From: Terriglobia bacterium
GTDB taxonomy: Bacteria > Acidobacteriota > Terriglobia > 20CM-2-55-15
Direction of reading: 5' to 3'
DNA: 64,000 nt
Assembly: GCA_963664115.2 (NCBI GenBank)
Contig: CAXWPJ010000010.1
Location: forward strand, 384,001 to 448,000
In this document: positions 1 through 10,790 of the stretch, piece by piece
Layout of the letters: every line of letters begins with the position of its first letter
Numbering within the stretch: the stretch's first letter is position 1
Translations under genes and position numbers: made by a program
Notes under the pieces: generated by a model
Told to the model about the DNA's origin: nothing
The model's database searches: none
What the model saw: only the letters and a program-made list of their open reading frames with translations

Positions 1-361
1 ACACGAAGTCGCCCTCGATACTTCCGGTTTCGGAAATTTCGGCTGAGCCGCCCATGACGACGACATCGCCATCCACGTCGCCGTGGATTGTCGCCATTGC
101 GCCGAAAAGGACCAGGTCCCCTACGGTCTCATCTGCTTCGATCGTGTAGTCGTCCCCGAACCGGACGATGTCAGTATTCCTGCGGCGAGTGCCGGCCGGC
201 GGTTCAGACTCGGTTCCAACTTCGCCTTCCTGTGCAGCCACGACTGCTTCGCTAATCGCTTCTGCAAGTGGCGTCGGCTGTTGGGCGCCGGCGGAACTCG
301 CAGTGAAACCGCACAGTAGGAGCGCGGCAATCCAGCGCCGAATTTCGATTCCGTCAATCAT
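1..361 (-). CDS. Secreted/membrane protein with bactofilin-like (polymer-forming) repeats; runs off the window start
   Basis: Not in the ORF track. ATG at 361 overlaps the TGA of the upstream gene (ATGA). Reads MIDGIEIRRWIAALLLCGFTASSAGAQQ...GDLVLFGAMATIHGDVDGDVVVMGGSAEISETGSIEGDFV: signal peptide plus G-x-V-x-GD repeats. Confidence 0.7.
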   Translation of the reverse strand, partial: MIDGIEIRRWIAALLLCGFTASSAGAQQPTPLAEAISEAVVAAQEGEVGTESEPPAGTRRRNTDIVRFGDDYTIEADETVGDLVLFGAMATIHGDVDGDVVVMGGSAEISETGSIEGDFV

Positions 362-819
362 GTTGACTCTCCTCCAAGACTGGCCATGCGTGTCAGGGCC
401 GCTCCCAATCCCGCGCACGTTGTGCCCATCATTATTCCAAGTACGACAAGGTAGCCGAGCAAGGGTTCGATCAGCACGCGCCGGAGAGCTTCAACGGCGA
501 CAAAGGTGGCCCGAACGTCTCCGGTAAGATTCATCACAGGTTGGACAACGACAGACAGGACATCTCTCAAAGCGCCCTGAAACAGCGGCTCCACAAAAGT
601 GAGACCTGCAAGGACGACGCCCATCATCCCCGCGGAGACGAGACGCAACACCGGCGGCCAGTGCGACCACGTCCGCCGGTACCAGGGAATTTTCGGCGGA
701 CTCTCGAGGGCCGCAAGCACTCGGGGGAGCAGCGTCGAAGGCGCCTCCGGCAGGGGCAGGCTTTTCAATCCACGGTCAATAAGCTCTTCAAGATTTTTAC
801 TATTCATCGGTCTTCGCAA
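358..819 (-). CDS. Putative membrane anti-sigma factor
   Basis: Directly downstream of an ECF sigma. LKSLPLPEAPSTLLPRVLAAL motif followed by two hydrophobic helices. True start may be the ATG at 807. Confidence 0.7.
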   Translation of the reverse strand: MRRPMNSKNLEELIDRGLKSLPLPEAPSTLLPRVLAALESPPKIPWYRRTWSHWPPVLRLVSAGMMGVVLAGLTFVEPLFQGALRDVLSVVVQPVMNLTGDVRATFVAVEALRRVLIEPLLGYLVVLGIMMGTTCAGLGAALTRMASLGGEST

Positions 820-830
820 ACGCCATGTCT

Positions 831-1358
831 CTATTGGAGTTGTCGTTTCAGTGTCGCGCGGCCCCTATGGATGTCGGTCTTCACTTTCCCCAATGAAACG
901 CCCAGCAACGCGGCAATGTCCTCATAGCTCTTGTCTTCAAAGTGGAACAGGACCAGAGGCACCCTTTGCTGATCCGGCAAAGCTCCGAGCGCCGCTTCCA
1001 GTCTTTGTTGCCGCTCGGCCCGCTCGATTTCTCGTGCCGGGGTCTCTCCGCTGGAAATGCTGTCCTCATATGCGTTTTCCGTTTCCTCGCCGTCACCCCG
1101 ACCCATTTCGCTGAAGAAGCGCCAGCGTTTTCTATAGCGTGTAAGGTGGTTGAGACATACATTCGTCGTTACTTTTTTCAGCCACCCGCCCAGGGCCGGA
1201 CTGGAGCCAATCGATTCGAAGTGCTCGAACGCCTTCAGGAAGACCGTTTGAGCCACATCCTCCGCGTCGGTGACATTGCCGAGCAGCCGGAACGCGGTGC
1301 CGAACACGAGGTCCTGGTACGCCCTTATAAATGTCTCAAATTGGTGGGCGCCCGTCAT
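831..1358 (-). CDS. ECF RNA polymerase sigma-70 factor
   Basis: Region 2 (DAEDVAQTVFLKAF, WLKKVTTNVCLNHL) and region 4 (SYEDIAALLGVSLGKVKTDIHRGR). Confidence 0.95.
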   Translation of the reverse strand: MTGAHQFETFIRAYQDLVFGTAFRLLGNVTDAEDVAQTVFLKAFEHFESIGSSPALGGWLKKVTTNVCLNHLTRYRKRWRFFSEMGRGDGEETENAYEDSISSGETPAREIERAERQQRLEAALGALPDQQRVPLVLFHFEDKSYEDIAALLGVSLGKVKTDIHRGRATLKRQLQ

Positions 1359-1603
1359 CGTGTGGAGATTGTTGGCCCTCTGCCGTCCCCTACATAACCC
1401 ACGAGGCCGGCGAAAGTTTCAAGAGAGACACGGTCAAGTGATCCGAGCAGGGGCTCAAATACTAGAGTTTGCCCGTCAGGAAACATGCCCAGTTTGGTTC
1501 GCTCCCTCTGTTTCCCTTCACTTTACCCTGCGTTTCTCTACGGGTGAGGTGTTCACCTCGACTGCACAGGGATCTATATTGAAGAGGAAAGATCCTTGAC
1601 GAG

Positions 1604-1792
1604 ATGACGCAGCAGGAGCTCGCCGAGAGGATCGCCGTCACGCGCCAGACCGTCAACGCCATCGAGCTCGGTAAGTATTCGCCGTCGCTGGAGATCGCGT
1701 TTCGCATCGCTAATATCTTTGGCATGCCGCTCGAGGAGGTGTTCCAACATCAGGTAGCTAAAGAGGCAGATCGAGATGGGCGTCATTGGTGA
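1604..1792 (+). CDS. XRE-family HTH transcriptional regulator, possibly N-terminally truncated
   Basis: MTQQELAERIAVTRQTVNAIELGKYSPSLEIAFRIA is a classic HTH_3 domain. Confidence 0.85.
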   Translation: MTQQELAERIAVTRQTVNAIELGKYSPSLEIAFRIANIFGMPLEEVFQHQVAKEADRDGRHW

Positions 1793-2218
1793 ATGTGCTC
1801 ACTGATGACTGCGGCGATGCCTGGGGCCCTGGAAATACGGTCATTTGATCGCCGTTCGTTGGATGCGTCGCCGGTTATACGGCAAAGTGACTCCGGCCCT
1901 AATCCCTATGGCTGCGGGTTCCTGAGGATGCTCTTATTGAACGATGTTCTATTTGAAGAACTGGAAAAGTGAGACGTCGTATAAACCTGCTGTTGCTACC
2001 AATTTATTGCAAGTATATGATCCGTCCGTGTTAATTCTAGCCACTGTCTAAGCAGCCCGAAGACTCGGAGAACCACCGGGGACCGTAACGTTGCGCCCTC
2101 CATTAATGGTGTCCGATTTCGGGGTCTGGCCTCCTCATTCTATTCACCAACTATTCCGTCTCATCCAGAGGCCGCGTGCCGGGCGTGCTCGGCAATTCCA
2201 GGTAAAAAGGAGTGAGCA

Positions 2219-2722
2219 ATGCTCGTTCGATCTGAGGAAATAACTGATCGGGATGCCGTATATGCCGTCAATGTAGCAGCCTTGGCAACGCCATCTGAGG
2301 CCGATCTTGTTGACGCCCTTCGAGAGCAAGCGCAGCCGGTCATTTCGCTCGTTGCTGACGTTAGCGGGGAAATCGTTGGCCACATCATGTTTTCGCCGGT
2401 TTCTCTTTCGGAGCATCCGGATCTAAATGCGATGGACCTAGCACCCATGGCGGTTGTGCCGAAATACCAGAGGAATGCTATTGGCTCAGCCCTTGTGCGG
2501 GTAGGTCTTGAGCGGTGTGTGCAACTGGGATTTGCTGCAGTGTTTGTTCTGGGACACCCAGAGTATTATCCCCGCTTTGGCTTCGTGCCTTCGTCCCGAT
2601 TCGGTATCGACTCTGAGTATGACGTGTCAGAGGACGTGTTCATGGCGATGGAGTTGGGGCCAGAAGCTTTGACTGGAAGGACTGGTAAACTCAAGTACCA
2701 TCCGGCATTCAGCGACGTATAG
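2219..2722 (+). CDS. GNAT N-acetyltransferase (YhbS-like)
   Basis: VGHIMFSPV, LAPMAVVPKYQRNAIGSALV, VLGHPEYYPRFGF motifs; AGGAG RBS. Confidence 0.9.
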   Translation: MLVRSEEITDRDAVYAVNVAALATPSEADLVDALREQAQPVISLVADVSGEIVGHIMFSPVSLSEHPDLNAMDLAPMAVVPKYQRNAIGSALVRVGLERCVQLGFAAVFVLGHPEYYPRFGFVPSSRFGIDSEYDVSEDVFMAMELGPEALTGRTGKLKYHPAFSDV

Positions 2723-2813
2723 CAACACAGTAGGGCAGTTGTTGGAGGCTACCCTTACCAGGACGAAATCGGCGGCAACAAACGATTGGACCGAGATTCC
2801 GAAGCGTTACAAG

Positions 2814-3936
2814 TTAGAAGTAGAAGCCCTTCTTGTGCTGGAAGGTCACGGAGTCCGGGTCCGGAACCTCGGATTCGGGGGCAAGTTCCACGGTGATCTC
2901 GCGGAGATCGTCGGTCGCTTGCAAGTCGCCGGGTAGGAATCCCAAGCGGTATCTGGATCGGAGATGAATGTCTATCGCGTTCAGCATGCCACTGTACTGG
3001 TTCGCAGTTACCGGGAAGCAAGGATGTCCCTCCAGTCACATCGGCAAGCGAGCGAAGGGCAGCCCGCGCTTGTAGCAACTGGGTGCGAGTCGGTAATCTG
3101 CGAAGCGGATCTGGGGAAAAAACATCGTCCAGGGGACCGCTTTTCATCCCTGCCTGTTCTTGATCCTGCCGCGCCTCGATGAACAAGAGAGCTTCTTCGC
3201 TCATTCCGAAGGAGTAAATCGTCGTATCTGATGCGTTCGCGATTTTCAGCAACTCACCATAGTTGTTGTCGCTGCTGGTGTCCCATCCGCTGCTGAAGAG
3301 AACAATGGCCTTGGTGCCCTCGATCGACTTCATCCGGTCGAGCGTGAGATAGACGGCGTCGTAGAACGCCGTGCTCAGTTGAGTCAGCGTGGATAGACGC
3401 TGATCCCGGATCCGGTCAATAAGGAGGGCCTTATTTTGAGTGAATTCAGCATCGATCCAGGGGCGCCTATCGTAGCCGACAATGGCAGCCCAATCTTCCG
3501 TCCGGAGCGATCGGATGAAGCCCTCGGCCGGAACCAGGCTCCGGTCTTCCGCAATGATGGACTCATCGAAGACAGAACGATTTAACAGTGCGCTGAATTC
3601 GATAATCACGGTCGCGGTGACCGGGCCACCCACTTCCTGAAAACTCGAAATCGGCTGCTCCGTACCGTCCACAAATAGCTTGATTTGCTCTTGCAGCAGT
3701 CCGCGAAGCGGCTGGCCGCTGGCGTCTCTGACGACGACGTCAACGGTGATGAGGTTCTCGTCCGTAACGTCGTTGGCGGAAGCGGCTGGACCGGTGGGGA
3801 CCTCCGTTGCTATCGCCGGTAGCGGAATGTTTCGTCCGACATCTCTTCGGGGGCCTTGCGCGCCGGCAACGCCAAGCCCGAATACGAGCAGCAAGAGCGT
3901 TGCTGTGGGACAACGTCGGGGCAAAAAACGTGTCAT
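2814..3936 (-). pseudogene. VWA-domain protein (Acidobacterial VWFA type), frameshifted near 3012
   Basis: N-terminal VDVVVRDASGQPLRGL and TAFYDAVYL...KAIVLFSSGWDT. The natural C-terminus (QYSGMLNAIDIHLRSRYRLGF...QHKKGFYF*) is in another frame and ends at 2814. Confidence 0.75.
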
Positions 3937-3950
3937 GGGTAGCACCTCGC

Positions 3951-5105
3951 TAGTGGTCCCCGTTAAACAGACTGTAACTTATCAAGATTTCGCCGGCCGC
4001 GCTGGACTTTAGCAAGGATGTCGGAAGCCGTTGCAGTCCAGATGAAGGGTTTCGGGTCTTCATTGTGACGAGCGAGGTAGTCCTCCACGGCCTGGATCAA
4101 CTCGGGGACCGAGCGGAAAACGCCACGCCGGAGTCGTTGCTCGGACAGATCCCGGAAAAAGCGCTCGACCATGTTGAGCCACGACGCACTGGTTGGCGTG
4201 AAGTGCACATGAAAACGCTTGTTACGCTTGAGCCAGTTGACGACTTTCTGATGTTTGTGAGTCGCATAGTTGTCGCAAATAATGTGGATCTCCTTATCTT
4301 TCGGCATGGCGCGTTTGATCTGATTCAGAAACCGGATCCATTCCTGATGGCGATGCTTTGGCATGCAGGTTCCGATGACCGAACCGTCCAGGATGTTGAG
4401 CGCGGCGAAAAGCGTGGTTGTCCCGTTACGTTTGTAATCGTGGGTCATGGTGCCACACCGCCCCTTCTTCAGAGGTAACCCGGGTTGCGTGCGGTCCAGG
4501 GCCTGCATCTGGCTCTTCTCATCGCAGGACAAGACAATGGCGTTTTCCGGTGGGCTCAGATACAGACCGACCACATCCTCCAGCTTTTCGGCGAATCGTT
4601 TGTCGTTGGATAGTTTGAAGGTTCGTGACAGATGAGGCTTCAGTCCATGGACCCGCCAGATTTTCCCGACCGTGGACTCGCTCACGCCAACGGCCTTCGC
4701 CATCGAGGCCCGACTCCAGTGCGTCGCGTTCGGGGGCTTCTCTTCCAGTGTCTTCTTGACGATCCGGGCTCGCTTCCGGCGACTGATCGTGGGAATCCGT
4801 CCGCTTCGCGGCGCATCCTTTTCGATCCCAGCCAAGCCCTGTTCCACAAAACGATTGCGCCAGCGGCCCGCTTTCTGGCGCGTGATCTCCAAGCGGGCGG
4901 CGATCTCATAATTGTTCCGACCTTCAGCGGCCAGTAATACAATTCGGGATCGTTCCGCCAACCGGACCGATGTACTCCGGCTTCGACTCAGTCGCTCCAA
5001 CTCCATCCGCTGCTTGTCATCCAATTCAATGGTCGGTGCTTTCCTCATTCTCTATTGGACGTTGGAAAGCTATTTTAGTTACATTACTTCGAGCGGGGTA
5101 CACTA
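3951..5105 (-). mobile_element. IS630-family insertion sequence
   Basis: Imperfect terminal IRs TAGTGGTCCCCG / TAGTGTACCCCG. Both ends lie in CTAG, consistent with TA duplication. Inserted about 15 bp upstream of the VWA start codon. Confidence 0.9.
3963..5048 (-). CDS. IS630-family transposase
   Basis: HTH plus DDE motifs: SCDEKSQMQAL, HDYKRNGTTTLFAAL, ICDNYATHK, SASWLNMVERFF. Confidence 0.95.
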   Translation of the reverse strand: MRKAPTIELDDKQRMELERLSRSRSTSVRLAERSRIVLLAAEGRNNYEIAARLEITRQKAGRWRNRFVEQGLAGIEKDAPRSGRIPTISRRKRARIVKKTLEEKPPNATHWSRASMAKAVGVSESTVGKIWRVHGLKPHLSRTFKLSNDKRFAEKLEDVVGLYLSPPENAIVLSCDEKSQMQALDRTQPGLPLKKGRCGTMTHDYKRNGTTTLFAALNILDGSVIGTCMPKHRHQEWIRFLNQIKRAMPKDKEIHIICDNYATHKHQKVVNWLKRNKRFHVHFTPTSASWLNMVERFFRDLSEQRLRRGVFRSVPELIQAVEDYLARHNEDPKPFIWTATASDILAKVQRGRRNLDKLQSV

Positions 5106-5313
5106 GAGGCTACATGGGACTTGCAGGCAGCGCAACGTTTCTCGATGGGGATTCACTGCCTGCTGCCGCGCCCCAATTTCGGATCGAGATTGCCTATTCA
5201 GCCCTTTGCGTCGTAAACTCCTTCTACCCTCGATGGGGTCAGTTGTGCCTCACCCGAGGCTTCAGGCCATAAGGGTTTGGGCTGACGACTGATCTCACGG
5301 CAGGTGGCGATAA

Positions 5314-6924
5314 ATGAATATCCTTCTATACAGTCCGGACAACGGTGTCACCCGCAACTTCATGCCCCACCTGTGGATGTTCCTGCTCAAGTCCCTGACC
5401 CCTTCCGAACATACGGTGTTTCTCCTCGACGGTAACGCCCAGCCGATGAGCGAGGCGCAGCTGGGGCAGTTTGTCCGCAAGAACAAGATTGAACTCGTGG
5501 GCATCGGCGCCATGACCCGAATGGCGGCGCGCGCCTACCGGGCGGCAGACGCCATGCGTGGCGCCGGCGCGAAGGTCGTTTTCGGGGGACCTCACGTCAC
5601 CGAAGTCCCGGACGAGCCTCTCGGGCTGACTGATGAACCCCAGCACGCCGACGCTGTGGCGCTGGGAGAAGCGGACGCGACCTGGCCGCGGATTGTTGCC
5701 GATGCGGCGCGCGGGCAATTGCAGCAACGATACGAGCCTCTCGACTCGTCTGGAAAAGAAGTTAAACCCGATCTTAAGGACTACCCGATCATTCCCTGGG
5801 AAGACATCGACCTCGAGCAGTTCAACCTGCTCGGTCACTTTCCGAAACCAGCGCGATATGTCCTCGGCAAGCTTGGAATGACCTGGAAGAGCCTGCACAT
5901 GGTCCCGATTGAGTCGGGAAGGGGATGTCCCTACGGCTGCGATTTTTGTACGGTGACCGGCTTCTTCGGCGACTCGATCCGGTTTCGGACCGACGAGAGC
6001 GTCGTCGACGAACTGCTCCGACTAAAAGCACGCGCACGACGGGATGGCGGCAAACTGGCGGTCTTCTTCATTGACGACAACTTCGCGATCAATGTGAAGC
6101 GCACGAAATCCCTGCTCCGCGAGATCATTGCCAAAGACGCAATCGTCCCATGGGTGGCCCAGGTCAGCGCAAACTTGCTCAAGGACGAGGAGTTGCTGGA
6201 CCTTATCGAGGATAGCGGCGGGAAGTGGATCTTCATCGGCATGGAGTCGATCGACCCGGAAAACCTGGCCGGCGTGAACAAGAGCTTCAACAAGCCGGGC
6301 GATTTCAAGGGGGTTCTCGATCGCCTTGCGAGCCGTGGAATTTACGCCATCACGTCGTTCATCTTCGGTATGGACGGCGATAGTCCGGGTGTTGCCGCCA
6401 GGACGATCGGACAGATCGAGACCTGGGCTCCCGGCCTGCCCGTCTATGGCCTGATGACGCCCTATCCGGCGACGCCACTTTACGATCGGCTGGCCAAGGA
6501 AGGCCGCTTGACACGACCGCAGCATTGGCTGGATTTTCGCCCGTTCCGAATGGCGTATACGCCTGACGGGATCTCGATCGCTCAGGCCGAGAAAGAAGTG
6601 CGTAGCGCCTGGACCCGTTCTTATTCTGCCCGTCAGATCGCGGCCTCACTCCGTAAGATCCGGCACCGGCCGTTCGCCGAGCGCGCCGTGATGTTCTCGG
6701 CCCAGATGGCGTTCCGGGGAATCTACTTTCCTCAAATGAAGAAGTCCCAGTGGGCCTTGCTGGTTGCACAAAACTCGCGGACGATCTGCGGGCTGATCTG
6801 GGAAGGCGTCCGCCTTCGGTTCACTCGTTCCCGAAGCCCTCAGGTAGCGGAGACCGAGGCCACGTCCGGCCCCGCACCAGTCGCGAGCCCGGCCCCCGCA
6901 ACCGGCTCGAAGATCGACAGATAA
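5314..6924 (+). CDS. B12-binding domain radical SAM protein
   Basis: Cobalamin-binding N-terminus (VVFGGPHVT), CxxxCxxC motif (RGCPYGCDFC), FIDDNF, IGMES, TPYPATPLY. Confidence 0.9.
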   Translation: MNILLYSPDNGVTRNFMPHLWMFLLKSLTPSEHTVFLLDGNAQPMSEAQLGQFVRKNKIELVGIGAMTRMAARAYRAADAMRGAGAKVVFGGPHVTEVPDEPLGLTDEPQHADAVALGEADATWPRIVADAARGQLQQRYEPLDSSGKEVKPDLKDYPIIPWEDIDLEQFNLLGHFPKPARYVLGKLGMTWKSLHMVPIESGRGCPYGCDFCTVTGFFGDSIRFRTDESVVDELLRLKARARRDGGKLAVFFIDDNFAINVKRTKSLLREIIAKDAIVPWVAQVSANLLKDEELLDLIEDSGGKWIFIGMESIDPENLAGVNKSFNKPGDFKGVLDRLASRGIYAITSFIFGMDGDSPGVAARTIGQIETWAPGLPVYGLMTPYPATPLYDRLAKEGRLTRPQHWLDFRPFRMAYTPDGISIAQAEKEVRSAWTRSYSARQIAASLRKIRHRPFAERAVMFSAQMAFRGIYFPQMKKSQWALLVAQNSRTICGLIWEGVRLRFTRSRSPQVAETEATSGPAPVASPAPATGSKIDR

Positions 6925-6966
6925 ACGGCCGCATTCGCGGTCGAATCCAGCCTACCCCGAACGGAA

Positions 6967-7725
6967 ATGGACAAGAACTCTCCAGCTCTGGTCGAGTCTC
7001 TCAGAGTTGCGCAGCAGATCATGATATTCACCGGCGCCGGCATCTCCACGGCGAGCGGAATCCCTGACTTTCGCGGGCCACAGGGCGTGTGGACGCGACG
7101 CAAGCCGGTCTACTACCAGGATTTCATGACGTCGGAAGAGGCGCGTGTTGAACACTGGGCGGACAAGTTAGAAGGATGGCCTGCAATGGCCGCGGCACGA
7201 CCCAACGCCGTGCATCACGCGATCGTCAAACTCGAAAAGGCTGAAAAAATTGGCAGCGTCGTGACCCAGAACATTGACGGCTTACATTCGCTGGCTGGAA
7301 CCCATCCCGATCTTCTGGTCGAACTCCACGGTACGAACTTACTTGTGGAATGTCAGAGCTGCCACCAGCGTGGCGATCCTGAACCGCAGCTTGATTACTT
7401 CCGGGAACACGGCCAGTCTCCTTTATGTGCCTGCGGCGGATTCCTGAAAATGGCGACGATCAGCTTCGGGCAGGGTCTGGATCCGAGCTCGCTCGATCGT
7501 GCGGCCGAAGCGGCCGCAAAGGCCGACCTTGTTGTCGCCCTCGGCTCCACGCTTTCGGTGCATCCCGCGGCCTCGTTTCCATTGTTGGCGGCCAGCCGGG
7601 GCGTTCCTTATGTCATCATAAATAGAGGAGTGACCGAGCACGATAACGAACCCGTCGTATCTTTAAGACTGGATGGCGACGTGGGAGAAATCTTCGCCCG
7701 CGCGGTAGACCTGGCCTTGGCATAG
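6967..7725 (+). CDS. cobB: Sir2-family NAD-dependent protein deacylase
   Basis: TGAGISTASGIPDFRG, TQNIDGLH, ELHG, zinc-binding cysteines, GSTLSVHPAA. Confidence 0.9.
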   Translation: MDKNSPALVESLRVAQQIMIFTGAGISTASGIPDFRGPQGVWTRRKPVYYQDFMTSEEARVEHWADKLEGWPAMAAARPNAVHHAIVKLEKAEKIGSVVTQNIDGLHSLAGTHPDLLVELHGTNLLVECQSCHQRGDPEPQLDYFREHGQSPLCACGGFLKMATISFGQGLDPSSLDRAAEAAAKADLVVALGSTLSVHPAASFPLLAASRGVPYVIINRGVTEHDNEPVVSLRLDGDVGEIFARAVDLALA

Positions 7726-7846
7726 CAGACCGTTCCGGCCCATCTCGAAAAGCCCCTGAAAAATGAAAGCTAAGGACTTCTGTTTGCCAGGGTCTATGCG
7801 TAGAATGGTTTTGACCCAGGTCACCGATGTAAGATTGCGAATGCGA

Positions 7847-8629
7847 ATGAAGCGACTGTTACAGATCATCGCTGGTGCGCTGCTACCTCTGCCCCTGCTC
7901 GCGATTCAGCTTTTTCCGGGACAAGAGCTGGGCGGTTACGGTGGAGTGGATGGTTCAGAGTTCGTATTTGCGCGGCTGCGGTACAACGAGGGATTGAGTA
8001 ATTTCCGGGGCTGGGGGGGAAGACCCAGCTGGGCGGTCGACTGGCCGAAAGCCGACAAGCAGTTCATATTCGCCATCGACCGGATGTCCAATGTCCGGGT
8101 CGTTCTCGACAAGGATGTTGCGATCGACATCATGGACCCCAATCTGTTCAGCTATCCCTTCCTCTATGCACTCGAAGTCGGCCGCGGTATGACCCTCAGC
8201 ACACCGGAGGCCGAACGTCTGCGCGAATACATGCTTCGGGGTGGTTTTCTGGTGATCGATGATTTCTGGGGCACTTATGAGTGGCAGAACTTCTACGCTC
8301 AATTGCACAAGATCTTCCCGGACCGGGAACCCGAGGAAATCCCGCTGACGCACCAGATTTTCCACTCGTTCTTCGACATCCCGGAGATCCTCCAGGTACC
8401 GAACGTGAACAATGGTTGCAGAGGAGGTCCCACATACCAGCGGGATGGCTATGTGCCCCATGCCCTGGCGATTTTCGATGACGATAGGCGCCCGATGATG
8501 GTGATCAACTTCAACACCGACATCGGCGATGCCTGGGAATGGGCCGATGTGGAGTGCTATCCCAACCGGTACGCGGGCTATGCATTCCGCATGGGGATCA
8601 ACTGGATCGTCTATTCGATGACCCACTGA
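7847..8629 (+). CDS. DUF4159 domain protein
   Basis: Signal peptide; FARLRY, WAVDWP, LREYMLRGGFLVIDDFWG, NTDIGDAWE, AFRMGINWIVYSMTH. Confidence 0.85.
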   Translation: MKRLLQIIAGALLPLPLLAIQLFPGQELGGYGGVDGSEFVFARLRYNEGLSNFRGWGGRPSWAVDWPKADKQFIFAIDRMSNVRVVLDKDVAIDIMDPNLFSYPFLYALEVGRGMTLSTPEAERLREYMLRGGFLVIDDFWGTYEWQNFYAQLHKIFPDREPEEIPLTHQIFHSFFDIPEILQVPNVNNGCRGGPTYQRDGYVPHALAIFDDDRRPMMVINFNTDIGDAWEWADVECYPNRYAGYAFRMGINWIVYSMTH

Positions 8630-8642
8630 ATGCGCGCGGTGA

Positions 8643-9263
8643 TTACCCCATGATCGACCCACCGCCGTGCGGGTCCACCCGCGGGCAGATACCCAGCCCC
8701 CGGCTGCTGTAACCTACCTCGTGGCTGCTGACGAAGAGCCCCTTTTTGCCAAAGGCCCCAATCGTTACAAAGCGTTTATTATCCGTACGATCCATTGTCC
8801 ACGTGTGTTTGTTTACCATCAGTCGCTTGCCTGTGGTGGCGAAGTAAAGGAATAGCGTCAGAACCACTTCTGCCGCCGAGGCGAGATACTGTCGGGAGCC
8901 CTTAATACTATCGGCATAGTATATTGGCTGGCCAACGCTGTCGGGTGTGACCGCCATCGCCACCGAGTGCCACCCCGGTTCGCATCCGATCTTGCCGAAC
9001 GGCTCTTCGAGGTACCAGGGATGGTCAAAAAAAACAGGTTCCCGCGACGGATCGGTACCGACCGCTTTCCTGAGGTTCAGGATCGATAAAGCGCTGTGGT
9101 CCTCCGGCGTGGGAAAAGTGATAAAGCCCTGTTTGTTCTGTACCTTGTCGGAATTCAAGCTCTCAATTTCCGCTTGGGTGAATCGGGCCCGAATGCCCAT
9201 GCGGTCCAATAGTTGTTGCACTTCTTGTGGAGACAATAGAAGGGAAGCCGCAGGCTCAATCAT
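8643..9263 (-). CDS. Hypothetical protein
   Basis: 206-aa ORF filling the gap between genes; no family recognised. Confidence 0.6.
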   Translation of the reverse strand: MIEPAASLLLSPQEVQQLLDRMGIRARFTQAEIESLNSDKVQNKQGFITFPTPEDHSALSILNLRKAVGTDPSREPVFFDHPWYLEEPFGKIGCEPGWHSVAMAVTPDSVGQPIYYADSIKGSRQYLASAAEVVLTLFLYFATTGKRLMVNKHTWTMDRTDNKRFVTIGAFGKKGLFVSSHEVGYSSRGLGICPRVDPHGGGSIMG

Positions 9264-9509
9264 AATACTATATATGTAGTTACTATTCCGCTGTTCTCGA
9301 ATTCCCGGGCAACTGCCCGAACCGTCCGATCCTTGTAACCCTAAGTTATATTAGAAGTTACGATTGACAGTCAATCCTCGCTATGGTAGTTTGCGATTCA
9401 CGTATTCTTAGGGGCGTTTCGGGAGCCGCAAATCTCGAGGGATGCGGTTTCCGCGTTAACCCGAGTTGGTTTAGATGTTAGTACAGCGCAAGAGACTGAA
9501 AACCTGAAA

Positions 9510-10790
9510 ATGACGACAGCAAGTAATTCTTCCGTTCTCTCCACTCGCGACGTCCGGCGGACCGTTCTCGATAACGGACTCGTGGTCCTGACGCGGGAAA
9601 GCCACCGCTCGCCGACCGTCAACAGCATGATCTGGTACGGCGTGGGGTCATCCGACGAAGTGGCGGGGCACACGGGAAGTTCCCACTTTCTTGAGCACAT
9701 GCTCTTTAAGGGTACCGCCCGATATGGAAAAGGCGTCATCGACCTGGTGACGATGAGGAACGGCGGTAGCAACAATGCCTTCACGTCCTACGATTTCACG
9801 GCCTACTACTTCAGTTTTGCCTCCGACCGCTGGGAAACGGCCATCGACATCGAATCCGATCGCATGATCCACACGATATTCGATCCTGCCGAATTCGAAG
9901 CGGAAAAGAGCGTTGTCATCGAAGAGTTGAAATCATGTCTGGACCAGCCGTGGGGAAAACTGATGCAGGAACTCAGTAAAACGGCTTTCGAGCGACACAG
10001 CTATCGCAACCCCGTCATCGGATGGCTTTCGGATGTGGAAGCGGCAACGCCCTCTGCGATGGAGGCGCACTATCGCCAGTACTATCACCCTGCCAACGCC
10101 ACCCTTGTTTTGGTTGGCGATTTCGAAACCGGCCACGCGTTGGACCTGGTAAAGGGCGCTTTCGGGCAGATTCCGGCGGGTGAATCCCAGCCCAGACATA
10201 CGCTTCAGGAACCCGAACAAAACGGTGAGAAACGGCTTGACGTGCGGTGGCGATCTGAGGTGCCCCGGATGGCCATCGCCTATCACACCCCGGCTATCGG
10301 GCATCCCGACTCTTACGCCTTGCAGGTTCTTTCCGTCGCGCTGGCCGAAGGCAAGGCCTCACGGTTCTACCAGCGACTCGTTGAGCGGGAGGGGTCCACC
10401 ACCTTCATGAGTGCAGAGTATGGCGAGTCCCGGGATCCGACGCTGTTCTATATTCGTGGCGAAGGCTGTGGCGACGGTCCTCCCGAAGCCATTGAAGCCA
10501 GTGTCCACGACGAATTGTCCCGGATCGCAACGGACGGAATCAACGCAGATGAACTCGAGAGGGCAAAACATCAGATCGAAGCCCACTTTGTGTTTTCGCT
10601 GGAGCGAACCCTGGATCAGGCGATGTTGCTCGGCCAGATCGAAACGCTCGCTGAACTGAACTACATCGACCAGTATCTGTCTCACATCGCCGCCGTCGAT
10701 ACCGCCGCCGTAGCCGAGGTCTGTCGAAAGTACCTTTGCGAGAGCAATCGGACCGTGGCGTGGTTGTTGCCCGAAGAGGCCGGTCCTTGA
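9510..10790 (+). CDS. M16 (pitrilysin-like) zinc peptidase, catalytic subunit
   Basis: HxxEH motif (HFLEHMLFKGT), NAFTSYDFTAY, YHPANATLVLVGD. Confidence 0.93.
   Translation: MTTASNSSVLSTRDVRRTVLDNGLVVLTRESHRSPTVNSMIWYGVGSSDEVAGHTGSSHFLEHMLFKGTARYGKGVIDLVTMRNGGSNNAFTSYDFTAYYFSFASDRWETAIDIESDRMIHTIFDPAEFEAEKSVVIEELKSCLDQPWGKLMQELSKTAFERHSYRNPVIGWLSDVEAATPSAMEAHYRQYYHPANATLVLVGDFETGHALDLVKGAFGQIPAGESQPRHTLQEPEQNGEKRLDVRWRSEVPRMAIAYHTPAIGHPDSYALQVLSVALAEGKASRFYQRLVEREGSTTFMSAEYGESRDPTLFYIRGEGCGDGPPEAIEASVHDELSRIATDGINADELERAKHQIEAHFVFSLERTLDQAMLLGQIETLAELNYIDQYLSHIAAVDTAAVAEVCRKYLCESNRTVAWLLPEEAGP

Noticed and set aside
5314-7725. Radical SAM + sirtuin as a RiPP or anti-phage system
   Set aside because: The sirtuin is a canonical zinc-binding CobB type rather than a defence SIR2, and no precursor peptide or RRE is adjacent.
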